Shown: positions 50,850 to 63,400 of the stretch, piece after piece
Layout of the letters: each line of letters opens with the position of its first letter
Position numbering within the stretch: the stretch's first letter is position 1
Assembly: GCF_963921235.1 (NCBI RefSeq)
Contig: NC_086108.1
Span: 55,988,001-56,052,000, forward strand
Reading direction: 5' to 3'
DNA from: Mobula hypostoma
Taxonomy: Eukaryota
Length of the DNA stretch: 64,000 nucleotides
Notes under the pieces: generated by a model
What the model was told of the DNA's origin: nothing
Databases searched by the model: none
Seen by the model: only the letters and a program-made list of their open reading frames with translations
Translations under genes and position numbers: made by a program

Positions 50850-52035
50850 GTACATGGCACTATGATATGGCCATAACAGAGATTTGGTTGAGAAAGGGAC
50901 AGGAATGGATGCTTAATATTCTAGGTTTTGAAGTTAAGAAAAATAGAGAGGAGGTGAACGTCAGGGGAAGTTGTGGAGGGAGGTGTGCTATTATTCAGGA
51001 ACAATATCTCAGAGGTTAAATAATGGAGGGCATATCCACTGAGTGTATATGAGTAGGACTCAAGAATAAGAAAGGTTCAATCACTCTGATGGGATTGTAA
51101 TACAAATGTTCCAATAGTCACTGGGACATTGAGGAAGAGGTATGCAGACCCATTAAGGAAAGCTGTGAAAACAATAGGGTTGTGGTAGTGGGTGACTTCA
51201 ACTTCCCTGATATAGACTGCAATCTGTGCAAGAGGTTTAGAGAGGGCAGAATGTGTTAAGTATATCCAGGAGGGTTTCTTAAATAAATATGTAGATAGTC
51301 CAAGAAGATGAGAGGCCATACTGGATCTGTTGTTGGGAAATGAGCCTGGCCAGATGATTGACCTTTCAGTGGAACAGCAAATGTGGAGTACAGAGCAAAT
51401 GGCTGGGAACGGTAATTACAACTCCTTAAAATTTAAGATAGCTAAAGATATTGGTAAGAATGGCCCTTGCACGAAAGTATTAAATTGGAGCAAGACAGAT
51501 TACAGGGGAATTAGGCAGGAACAAGGAAGAGTTAATTGAGAACAGCTGTTTTTCAGGGCAGTCCACATCTATCATGTGGAAGGTGGTTAAAGACCACCTG
51601 CACAGAGCACAGGACAGATATGTTCTACTGAGAAGGGAAGACAAGGATGGTAAGGTAAGGGAACCTTGGATGTTGATAGAAATGGTGAATTCAGTCGAGG
51701 AAAAGAGCAAGAGGATAACTAGGGAGTGAGCAGGATCAGTCAAGGATAAAGGAGGAACATATGCTTGAAGACAGAGGATGTGGATGAGCTCCTAAGTGTG
51801 TGTCTTGCATCAGTATTTACCAAAGTGAATGACTGAGAGGATAGGAAGTTCAGAGTGGAGGCTGTTAATATATTTTCAGAAGAAGGTAGTGCTGGATCTC
51901 TTAAAGAACTAGTGGAGTGGTTGTGGAGGACTACGGTCCAGGTGGAAGTCGATGGAACTAGGACAAATAACATTTCAGCATGGGCTAGATGGGCTGAAGG
52001 GCCTGTTTCTTTGCTGTAGTGCTCTTTCACTCTAT
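50850..52035 (+). mobile_element. Decayed CR1 endonuclease region plus a CR1-type 3' end
   Basis: VVVVGDFNFPDID-like DNA, LLGNEPGQ, and the GATGGGCTGAAGGGCCTGTTTC 3' motif. Confidence 0.7.
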
Positions 52036-53189
52036 GTAAGCATTGGTTGTGGTCAAGGTCACGACTACAATAACATGCACAATTGGCACGAGGGTAGGGG
52101 CTAAATGGGCTGAAAAAAGAGCCACCCATAGTCAGGAGTTTTTATTAAAAGGGGAATTTACTAAAGTTGGTTCTCAGCCACAGGTTCCATGGGATATGAT
52201 TTGCTCTAATAGTTTCCTTTTAAATTGTGAAAGGGAGCCTGAGTACTTCCCTGCAAAGCTTTTACTGCATGGTTGGCCTGTGCTGCTCAGCAATATGAAG
52301 CAGGAGGAATGGAGAAACATTGCATATCACTGGTAGTCACTGCACATCTGGAACCACCTTCATATTGCTACTGTATCAAATACATAGAGGAACTGGAAAG
52401 AAATTGGAACACACAATGAATAGTTTTCCAAAGTAGAAGTAATGTGCAATGAGTAAAAATATTATGCAGTAGTGTTGCATTACTTGGCTATAACCTACAT
52501 CCAGAACTTGCATTACGTAACTTTTTATAAAGCCTGGGTAGGTGTTATGAACTGTATATTATTAAAGTTAAATTTAGTTACTAACTTTAATATTTAGTTG
52601 TTAATTACCCATACAGTTGATTGGATTATAAGTTTCTGGATGGGCAAATATGCTTTCTGTCATTTAAACTGCTGCAGTGCAGAGCTTTGCTTTGGTGGGT
52701 ACAGTTTTTGGTGATGCAGTTATTATTAAGATTGGCACAGTTCGAATGTATAGTTTCTGTGCAGTAAGCAGTGAGAAGAGATTAATTTTGTAATATTCCA
52801 TCTTTGACAAACAGCATCAAAGATTTTTAAATGCTCTACTGTAAAATACAGTAACCATGGACATAAAAAACTGCAGATGCTGGAAATCTGAAATAAAATA
52901 GAGAATTCTTATATCACTCAGTAGGTCTGGCAGCAGCTCTGGAAAGAGAAACTGGTTTAATATTTCAGGTCTGCAAATAGAATAACAAAAATAGAGCCTA
53001 AATGGTAAAAGTAAAAGTGGCCAATTCTGGTAACCCAAGCTTGCAATACATGTAGATACCAGTGACAATGAAAAGGAGTCCTGTAACATTGGTTTAGGGT
53101 GCTAGGTAGTCATCTAAAGAGCAGGAATTCATAGTTTGACATCCTTGGGTTTCTTCTGGTGCCACGAGCAAGTATAAAGATAAATATTA

Positions 53190-53474
53190 GCTTTATTTGT
53201 TTACATCGAAATATCAAAACATGCAGGGAAATGTACCATTTCAGACATTGACTAACACAGTCTGAGGATGTGCTGGGACAGCCCATAAGTGTCGCCATGC
53301 TTCCAGTGCCAACGTAGCCTGCAACTCACTAACCTGTACATCTTTGGAATATGGGAGGAATGCAAACACAGTCATAGTAATAGTGTACAAACTCCTTGCA
53401 GACAGCAGTGGGTACTAAACCCAGATCGCTGGTGCTCTGAAGCGTTATATTAACCGTTACACTACCATGCCACC
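53190..53474 (-). mobile_element. V-SINE-like tRNA-derived SINE
   Basis: Reverse complement of GGTGGCATGGTAGTGTAACGGTTA (A-box-like), GGAGTTTGTAC and CCTCCCATATTCCAAAGATG. Confidence 0.65.
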
Positions 53475-54640
53475 TCATAGTGCTGGAATAAAAGGACAGG
53501 TTGGATAAATGTGTGACTGATGGGATGTTGCGGAGGGGTAGGCTTTAGGTTTCTGGATCATTGAGATTGTTTCTGGGTGAAGCGGAACCTGTACAAGTGA
53601 CAGGTTGCATCTCAGGGAACCAGATCAGGATCCACAGTGTGAAGTGTGCTTACTCTGGCTGGTAATGCTTATGATACATTGACTATGGAATGGGGGTTCA
53701 GAGCAGTTGTACTAATGAAGAGATACAAGATACAATCACCTTAAGGAAAAATTATTAAGTGTATTAGGAAGAACAAGTGAGAACAATCAGAGGAATCCAA
53801 AGCTAAATTGTACCTATTTTAATACATGGTGCATAACGAGTAAAGTCGATGATCTCAAACCTATAACTAAAATGGGAATCTATGATATTGTTGCCCTCAC
53901 TGGGACATGGTTGAAGGATGGGCAAGATTGGTAACTCAATATCATAGAAGGCTTCTCAAACAAGACTATCTGGATAGATAGATATTAGAAATGGAAAAAG
54001 TATTATCCAAAGAGGGAAGGAGCATTACTGGCCCTCATAAATACACAGGAGATGCTCTCTGTCAGGCTTAAAGATGGATCAGTCCTCAAGACCAGATGTG
54101 ATTTCTTGAAAGCTGTGACTAGAGGCAAGGAAGGAGATTACTGCAGGTCTGGCCAAGATTTTTAAATCTACCTTGGGTATAGGTGAGGTAACAGATGACT
54201 AGAGGACTGCAAATGTGATTCCTGCCAAGTAAGGCATTAGGGAAATACTTGGTAACTATAGATCTATGAGCATAACATCACTGGTAGAGGAGATTTTGGA
54301 AAACATTCTCAAGTAGAGGATTAATGATCACTTGGAAAGGAATGGATGAGTCAGAGAGAGACAACATGTCTTTGTCAAGGGCAAATCCTCCTTGATGAAT
54401 TTCATTAAATTCTTTGAAGAGGTAACAAGATATATTGATATTCTGCAGGACAATATTTGTAATTTATGCAGGCTTCAGTAAAACCCTTTACAAGGTCGCA
54501 CAGAGAGATTAGTTCAAAAGATTAGGGCCCATGGGATCCAAGACGAACTGTTACAATGGATCCAAATTTTTCTTGACAGAGGGAGGTGGCAGAGAGCTTT
54601 TGTGATTGGATGCCTGTGACTTATTGATATACTATAAGAA

Positions 54641-55029
54641 CGGAGTGGCACACCACAAGGGGTCGGAGTGGCACACTACAAGGGATCGGAGTGGCACACT
54701 ACAAGGGGTCGGAGTGGCACACTACAAGGGGTCGGAGTGGCACACTACAAGGGATCGGAGTGGCACACTACAAGGGATCGGAGTGGTATACTACAAGGGG
54801 TCGGAGTGGCACACTACAAGGGATCGGAGTGGCACACTACAAGGGATCGGAGTGGCACACTACAAGGGGTCGGAGTGGCACACCACAAGGGGTCGGAGTG
54901 GCACACTACAAGGGATCGGAGTGGTATACTACAAGGGATCGGAGTGGCACACTACAAGGGATCGGAGTGGTATACTACAAGGGATCGGAGTGGCACACTA
55001 CAAGGGATCGGAGTGGTATACTACAAGGG
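54641..55029. repeat. 23-bp minisatellite, about 17 copies (CGGAGTGG[CAC/TAT]ACTACAAGGG[A/G]T)
   Basis: Seen directly. It has no stop codon in any + frame, hence three overlapping repetitive ORFs. Confidence 0.95.
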
Positions 55030-55208
55030 TTGGTGCTGGGACCCTTGTTAAAAAAAAATACATGAATGACCTGATGAGGATATGAAAGGCATGATCAATA
55101 AGTCTGTGGATGCTATGAAGATTTCGTGCTACTGTAGGTAGTCTTGAAGATAGCCTTAGGCTGCAGCAAAATGTAGATTCATTGATGAAATGAACACAAA
55201 GTAGCAGA

Positions 55209-55434
55209 GCAACACGCACAAGATGCCAGAGGATTTCAGGCCAGGCAACATCTATGGAAATAAGCCTTCTTGCTCTAACTTATCTACTTTTTTCAGTCCT
55301 GAAAAAGGGTCTGAGCCAGAGACATCAACGGTTTACTCTTTTCCATGGATGCTGCCTGGCCGGCTGAGGCCCTCCAGCATTCTGTGCATGTTGCTCGGAT
55401 TTCCAGCATCTGCGGAATTTCTTGTCTTTGTGCT
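55209..55434. mobile_element. Older two-armed Penelope mini-element
   Basis: Short inverted arm at 55209-55260 plus a long arm with a decayed hammerhead (about 55295-55330). TSD ACAAA(G/A)TAGCAGAG at 55196-55209 and 55435-55448. Confidence 0.8.
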
Positions 55435-56219
55435 ACAAAATAGCAGAGGTTTATTTCAAACAAAAGTGAGGTGATGCGTTCTGAGAGCACTAATGAGGCT
55501 AAAGCATTCACCACGAGAGGTAGGGTCTTGGGGAATATTGAGGAACAGGGGGATCTCAGAGTTCAAGACCATGGATCCTTGGAAGTTGCAATGCAGGAAG
55601 ACAGTGAGAAAGCATTAAGGGACGCTGGCCTCATTAGCTAGCTTAGACGTGTTGGGTTTATGCTCCAGCTCCAACTCAGAACTCAGCTGTGCGCTGTTCT
55701 GTTCATTAAGGTATAGGAAGAATGACACAGTCATGGAACTACACAGCTCTCAGGAAAGCCTTTCAGTCTAACTCATCCATGCCAACCAAATTGACCAGCA
55801 AATGGGAATCGTTCATTATGAATATAATTGTCCAAATATCTTTTAAACATGGCAATTGTATCCACCTTTACCACGTTCTCTGGTACCTCCTTCCTTACAC
55901 TCCCTGTGCAGAAATAAATTACTCCTCACATTCCCTTTAAATAGTTTCCACCTCTCTTTAAACCTATGCGACAATGCTAGAGAGGCTCCAGGATATTGCT
56001 TAAGATGGAGGAGTTCAATGATGGGAGAGACTGGAGAAGCTAGTCTGTTCTCCCTACAGTGGAGGAGGGGAAGAGGGATCATGGTTGAGGTATATAAAAT
56101 TATGAGGGTTATAGATCAGGTACGCTGCAGGAAACTTTAACACATCAGAAGCAGATGAAACTAAGGAAATATGTTTATGCTAAGGAGTACGTGATTCAGA
56201 GGGTGTATGTTAGGGATCT

Positions 56220-56655
56220 TAGACCATCAAATATAGGAGCAGAATTAGGCCATTTGGCTCATCAAGTCTGCTCTGGCATTCCATCTTGGCTGATCTCCAA
56301 TTTCCCTCTCAGACCCAATCGCCTGCCTTCTCCCATATCCCTTCAGGCCCTGACCAAACAAGGATCTATCAACCTCTGCCTTAAATATACATAAAGGTTT
56401 GGCCTCCTCAGCTGCCTGTGGCAAAGAGTTCCACAGATTCTTCACTCTCTGGCTAAAGAAATTCTTCCCCATCTCCTTTCTAAAAGGACACCCCTCTATT
56501 CTGAGGCTGGGTCCTCTGGTCTTGGACTCTCCAACCATAGGAAACATCCTCTCCACATCCACTCTATCAAGGCCTTTCACCATTTGATAAGTTTTCAATG
56601 AGGTCACCCCTAATTTTTCTGAATTCCAGCGAATACAGGCCCAGAGCCATCAAAT
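56220..56655 (-). mobile_element. CR1 3' fragment, resumed at about 59191-59295 after a younger CR1 insertion
   Basis: LGLYSLEFRKIRGDLIE...KGLDRVDVERMFP on the minus strand; the matching continuation follows the young element's tail. Confidence 0.85.
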
Positions 56656-56659
56656 GGTC

Positions 56660-59190
56660 AAATGTGTGCAATAAAGGAACAGCAGTTATAATGGGTGACT
56701 TCAATCTACATGTAGATTGGGTGAACCAAATTGGTAAAGGTGCTGAGGAAGAGTTTTTCTTGGAATGTATGCGGGATGGTTTTTTGAACCAACATGTCGA
56801 GGAACCAACTAGAGAGCAGGCTATTCTGGACTGGGTTTTGAGCAGTGAGGAAGGGTTAATTAGCGAACTTGTCGTGAGAAGCCCCTTGGGTAAGAGTGAC
56901 CATAATATGCTGGAATTCTTCATTAAGATGGAGAGTGACATAGTTAATTCAGAAACAAAGATTCTGAACTTAAAGAGGGGTAACTTTGAAGGTATGAGAT
57001 GTGAATTAGCTAAAATAGACTGGCAAATGACACTTAAAGGATTGATGGTGGATATGCAATGGCAAGCATTTAAAGGTTGCATGGATGAACTACAACAATT
57101 GTTCATCCCAGTTTGGCAAAAGAATAAATCAAGGAAGGTAGTGCACCCGTGGCTGACAAGAGAAATTAGGGATAGTATCAATTCCAAAGAAGAAGCATAC
57201 AAATTAGCCAGAGAAAGTGGCTCACCTGAGGACTGGGAGAAATTCAGAGTTCAGCAGAGGAGGACAAAGGGCTTAATTAGGAAGGGGAAAAAAGATTATG
57301 AGAGAAAACTGGCAGGGAACATAAAAACTGACTGTAAAAGCTTTTATAGATATGTGAAAAGAAAAAGATTGGTTAAAACAAATGTAGGTCCCCTACAGAC
57401 AGAAACAGGTGAATTGATTATGGGGAGCAAGGACATGGCAGACCAATTGAATAATTACTTTGGTTCTGTCTTCACTAAGGAGGACATAAATAATCGTCCA
57501 GAAATAGTAGGGGACAGAGGGTCCAGTGAGATGGAGGAACTGAGCGAAATACATGTTAGTAGGGAAGTGGTGTTAGGTAAATTGAAGGGATAGAAGGCAG
57601 ATAAATCCCCAGGGCCAGATGGTCTGCATCCTAGAGTGCTGAAGGAAGTAGCCCAAGAAATAGTGGATGCATTAGTGATAATTTTTCAAAACTCGTTAGA
57701 TTCTGGACTAGTTCCTGAGGATTGGAGGGTGGCTAATGTAACCCCACTTTTTAAAAAAGGAGGGAGAGAGAAACCGGGGAATTATAGACCGGTTAGCCTA
57801 ACGTCGGTGGTGGGGAAACTGCTGGAGTCAGTTATCAAGGATGTGATAACAGCACATTTGGAAAGCGGTGAAATGATCGGACAAAGTCAGCATGGATTTG
57901 TGAAAGGAAAATCATGTCTGACGAATCTCATAGAATTTTTTGAGGATGTAACTAGTAGAGTGGATAGGGGAGAACCAGTGGATGTGGTATATTTGGATTT
58001 TCAACAGGCTTTTGACAAGGTCCCACACAGGAGATTAGTGTGCAAACTTAAAGCACACGGTATTGGGGGTAAGGTATTGGTGTGGGTGGAGAATTGGTTA
58101 GCAGACAGGAAGCAAAGAGTGGGAATAAACGGGACCTTTTCAGAATGGCAGGCGGTGACTAGTGGGGTACCGCAAGGCTCAGTGCTGGGACCCCAGTCGT
58201 TTACAATATATATTAATGACTTGGATGACGGAATTGAATGCAGCATCTCCAAGTTTGCGGATGACACGAAGCTGGGTGGCAGTGTTAGCTGTGAGGAGGA
58301 TGCTAAGAGGATGCAGGGTGACTTGGATAGGTTGGGTGAGTGGGCAAATTCATGGCAGATGCAATTTAATGTGGATAAATGTGAAGTTATCCACTTTGGT
58401 GGCAAAAATAGGAAAACAGATTATTATCTGAATGGTGGCCGATTAGGAAAAGGGGAGGTGCAACGAGACCTGGGTGTCATTATACACCAGTCATTGAAAG
58501 TGGGCATGCAGGTACAGCAGGCGGTGAAAAAGGCGAATGGTATGCTGGCATTTATAGCGAGAGGATTCGAGTACGGGAGCAGGGAGGTACTACTGCAGTT
58601 GTACAAGGCCTTGGTGAGACCACACCTGGAGTATTGTGTGCAGTTTTGGTCCCCTAATCTGAGGAAAGACATCCTTGCCATAGAGGGAGTACAAAGAAGG
58701 TTCACCAGATTGATTCCTTGGATGGCAGGACTTTCATATGAAGAAAGACTGGATGAACTGGGTTTGTACTCGTTGGAATTTAGAAGATTGAGGGGGGATC
58801 TGATTGAAACGTATAAAATCCTAAAGGGATTGGACAGGCTAGATGCAGGAAGATTGTTCCCGATGTTGGGGAAGTCCAGAACGAGGGGCCACAGTTTGAG
58901 GATAGAGGGGAAGCCTTTTAGGACCGAGATTAGGAAAAACTTCTTCACACAGAGACTGGTGAATCTGTGGAATTCTCTGCCACAGGAAACAGTTGAGGCC
59001 AGTTCATTGGCTATATTTAAGAGGGAGTTAGCTATGGCCCTTGTGGCTACCGGGGTCAGGGAGTATGGAGGGAAGGCTGGGGTGGGGTTCTGAATTGGAT
59101 GATCAGCCATGATCATAATAAACGGCGGTGCAGGCTCGAAGGGCCGAATGGCCTACTCCTGCACCTATTTTCTATGTTTCTATGTTTCTA
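56660..59190 (+). mobile_element. Young 5'-truncated CR1 LINE; ORF2 intact except for a TAG at 57591-57593
   Basis: GDFN..SDHN, then in-frame KADKSPGPDG, NYRPVSLTS, GVPQGSVLGP and KFADD, to the stop at 59093. (TTTCTATG)n tail. Confidence 0.95.
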
Positions 59191-59544
59191 TATGACAAGT
59201 CATTCAATTCTGGAATCATTTTTGTGAACCTCCTTTGAACCCTCTCCAGTTTCAGCACTTCCTTTCTAAGATAAGAGGCCCAAAACTGCTCAAAAGCCAT
59301 CCTTCCTATATCTCAATCTTCTTCACCTTGAGGGGGTTAAGAGTCTGGAATGAACTGTCTTGCAGAAAGATTGAAGCTGGGCTACTGACCTATTTAAGAA
59401 GTAATTAAACCGGAAGTGCACTGAGAGCGGTAAGCGTAAAGGAGTTGGGGGCTTGCTGTTCTGGTTAACAACGGATGGTGCGATCCTGGTCATATTACGA
59501 TCGAGGAACGTGTTTGTAGTCCAGATATTGCTGTTGGACTCCAG

Positions 59545-59822
59545 CCATATTCCACCGAGATACAACACTGGGTGTCACGGGAGGTTGTTGCTGCCTGTGG
59601 CCATTGAACTTTGCAGCTCCTCCCGTGAAGGGTCAGACACCCTGAGCCAATAGGCTGGTCCTGGACTTATTTCCATCTGGCATAGTTTTGCATACTGTTG
59701 TCTGATCGTTTGTGGTTTTTGTATTGCTATATTTATGTTCTATTCTTGGTTGGTGCAGCTGTAACGAAACTCAATTTCCCTCGGGATCAGTAAAGTGTGC
59801 CTATGTCTATGTCTACGTCTAA
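59545..59822 (+). mobile_element. Rex1-type LINE 3' end
   Basis: LLPVAIEL-like C-terminus, AATTTCCCTCGGGATCAGTAAAG and a (CTATGT)n tail. Confidence 0.7.
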
Positions 59823-60194
59823 GTGAGAAATTGACTTAGGACAATGGACCAAGTGCTGTGAAATCAGGCTAATACAAGTGGGTGCCTGTGGTCAGTGTGG
59901 ACAATGTAGGCCAAGTGATCTCTTTCCTTGCTGTATAATCTTTGATTCCATGATAAAGACAAAGAAAAGTCGCGACTGGGTTTTGTGTGTGTTACCCCAA
60001 CATTGGGTTTTGCCATCTTATACTCACTATATTCCTGTGAGTGAGGTTTGTTTGCCTGCTCAGTGAGGCTCATCCAGGAGACTAACTCAGATCAGGAGGC
60101 TCAAAGCAGATCAGTTTGCTGAAGAAAGGAATTCATTCTGCAACTTTCTGATAAAGGCACTTTGAGGCAAGGAGGCACGTAAAAAGCAAGAAAA

Positions 60195-60420
60195 GTTCAA
60201 ATTCAAAGTGCGTATATGTTACCATATATTGCTCTGAGGTTTTCTTGCAGGCATTCACAATAGATACAAAGAAACACAATGGAATCAATAGACAAATGCA
60301 CACAAACAGAGGCAAACAAACAACCAATGCGCAAAAGATGACAAACTGTGCAAATACAAAGAGGAAAAACAAATAATAATAATAAATCAGTAATAAATGA
60401 TATTAAGATGTGAATTGAAG
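60195..60420 (-). mobile_element. Rex-type 3' UTR fragment
   Basis: Reverse complement of the 3' UTR type seen at 37300-37520. Confidence 0.6.
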
Positions 60421-63400
60421 CTGCAAAATGCTGTTCTGGAGGAGTGTTCCATGCATGGATGCTGTTGTGATGGAAGAAGGTGTTAATGGATGTCCTGTTG
60501 AATCTGACTGCTGGGTTGTTATTATTGAGCACCCTACCCACGGTGAGACAGAAGTCCTTTCCAGTAGCCAGTGTGCTCCACAGGGCTGAAGTCTACAAGA
60601 GCAGGTTGGTGGAGAGGGGGAGTGTGGAGATTGGTGGAGAGGAGTAGTAGAGAACATAGATAGTCAGTGAGGGGTTTGTAGGAGGAGAACAGACTGATTG
60701 AGTAGAGGGGTGGTTGAAATTGTTGATACTTTCTTGGCAGAGTTGCGCGCTACATGGAAACACTCCAGTAGGATCTTGCCTGCAAGCAGTCAAGTAAATA
60801 TATTCACTTGGTTACTTCAACACTTCTAGCTTGATTTCAGCTGTTAGGTTTCTCCCAGAGCCAGGTGTAATTATCCCCAGGCCACTTGCATTTAAAAATG
60901 AAAAGGTGGTTAAGCATAAAGAGCCAATGAACTGGATGTCTACATCTCTTCTCCCTTTCCAATAACAGCAGAATTGTGACAGCTTGTTTTCATATTGTTT
61001 TTAAAACATGGATTTGGACGTCACTGGCAGCGGGAGTACAGAATGGCCATATCTCAGTTTTGCCCCAGAAAGTGGCTTGCTATTTTAGAAGCAATTACAT
61101 TGTTGAGGAGCTGTAGTACCTCATGGTCTAGTCTCAGTCAGAATTTTCTCTCTGGAGAATTTATTTCCCCTTTGTTCACCGTTAATAAATCCTTCCAAAC
61201 TCCAGATTTAGTTATTTGAAAGTATTTTCCCATGGTTGGATATAAATTGTCACAATTGTGCAAAACTCTTGATACTCATCCAGGCTTAGCTTTTATAACT
61301 CTCTAGATGGCTTGTATTTTCCATTCCAGTATGACCCCTGGAAGATAAATTCAAACTGTTCTCTGTTTTCTGATTTTTCTTTCCTGTTGACATATCTGCA
61401 TCGTTTCCTCTTTTCTTTTCCTTCTTTTCCTCTTTTTTTCCTTTGCCACTTTGCACTCCAGTTTTTTAACCATTTATTTGCTTTATCCTTGTCATGTCTA
61501 TTTTCCCTTGTATTTTCCTGTCTGTTTCACTCTTGCCTCTTGTTCTGATCCTTTTCTTACATTTGGTTCTCACCTCTTTCTCTTTTGATCTCTCTCCGCT
61601 TTTAATCCTTTCTCTGCCTTTCAATCTTTGCAATTCAGCTTTTTAAAGAATGCCAGCTTGTTATTTTATGAATAGTGGTAAAAATGTGTCTCCCTTGCCA
61701 AGAGGTACCCACTAGAGTCTAGTTATCACAGTGATGTGAAAATTTCCTTTGCTGCACACAGATGCTGCTTTCAACAAAATCATTAGTGAAACAGCCAACT
61801 GAATTAGGTAAAAATCTCCTTTTCTGCAAAAGAGAAAGCAAAAATTACAATTTTTAGCCTGCAATTTAAAATTCTCACAGATTGTGAAATAAGAGGACGG
61901 GAACAAACTCGGGTTTAAGATACAAACTGAAATAACATCAACAACTCATCAGAAAAACAAAGGAAGTTAATTATTTTTGTCTATGTAGGAAACTACAGTC
62001 AAATATTTCAATGAACTTGTGGGTTATCGAGACTGCTAAACAGTAATTAATGCCTCAGAAAGACATAACAATAATTCGAGTGCATTTCAAGCAGCAAGGT
62101 CATTTGTAACTTTATATCTTGATACAAGTATGTAAATGTCTGATGTTCCCATCAGAATTCTGGGCTCATGAGATTAAGCTGGAGAATGATGCAGGTCACC
62201 ACTTCCTGTGGAAGAGCAGGGAATCATGAACAGCAGCAAAGATTGTATGTGCTTCTTCTAGAAGGTGCTGTCATATTTCAGAGCCAACCACAGCCAAATG
62301 CCACCAGTTTTTCAGTCACCACACAACTCTAAAACTGAGACCATTGTGTTGGTGCTCTGCGTTAAAATGATGAAAAGAAGAAGCCAGATCACTTCCAGGC
62401 AATAATAATGTTCTTGCCAGCTACTCTTTCTTGAGGCATGAAACTGGAAACAACTTGCTTCATTTAAAGAAAATAAAAACAGAAAAGGAGGCCATTGGAT
62501 CTATCAGGTCAGTGCCAACTCCTGTGCACCATCCCAATCTGTTTGCTCCTCCCTCGTTATCTGTCTGTACCCTGTAGTTTATTCTTCCCTATATGTCCAA
62601 CAACATCCCTATGAAGGGTTTTAGTCATATGTTCCTCTCTCAGTATTTCTTGACACCAGGAAGGTAAGTGAGATATGGGAGATAATGCAGGGGATCCACC
62701 AGACTGATTCTGAAAACAAAGAACTGAGTTAGGAAGCGTGAGCTTTTAAAATAAAAGAAGTGATTGAACAGCGGGCCTTATTGCTGGCTGTGGTCAAAAT
62801 GTGTTAGGATGTGATCCAGAAATGTGTAGATGTAGTAAATGAAAGGTGTGTACAAAGCAAAGTTTCACATCGTCAAACTGGGATAGGACCTAGGAATTCC
62901 ACCCACCTGCCCCATTGTGTTTCATAAAGTTGTTTATTGATTGAATTTGTTGCAACACATGTGACCTGATGGCTACCCTTTGAATACTAAGGTGTAAGGC
63001 CTGATCCAGGGATTGGGAACGTGGATCCAGTTCAACTCAATGTGTTTTCTTTTCTTCATTATTTTGTAGCTTGGTTTGATTTTACTAGCCAAGATCTGTT
63101 CCACACTGTCTATTGTTAATCAAGACTAACCCACTTCCTGTTCCGTTTCATTTTGCTAAAAGTTGCAAAAACATTGTATTCCTAACCTTGATCATTCTGG
63201 AACATCAAACAGGTTTGGAGAGCTTCTACACAGTTGTGCACTTTAGTGCTAGTCCTCATTATGAAAGGCTGTTTCTTTCGTTATCTTTGCTGTTTGGTGC
63301 AACTAATGCAACTATCTTGTTATAAATGATCCATTCTTGCAGATATAGCACATTTAATTTTATCCCTAATATTTCTCCAGCTGTGACATTGCTGCCAGTA

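Larger units (their letters stand above)
53500..56215 (+). mobile_element. Old fragmented CR1 LINE hosting a minisatellite and a Penelope mini-element
   Basis: Decayed endonuclease/RT motifs (GEVTDD.RTANVIP, FVKGKSSLMNFIKFFEEV) and a 3' ORF2 remnant. Confidence 0.7.

Noticed and set aside
54606..55085. Three overlapping repetitive ORFs and a superficially CRISPR-like array
   Set aside because: A pure 23-bp tandem repeat with no unique spacers and no cas genes, in a eukaryotic context. The ORFs arise because the unit lacks stop codons.
58001..59116. 134-aa and 230-aa minus-strand ORFs
   Set aside because: Antisense shadows of CR1 ORF2; similar shadows occur at 28724-30236 and 11638-12080.
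61020..61255. Possible ancient SINE remnant
   Set aside because: Only a vague resemblance; too decayed to support without a profile search.
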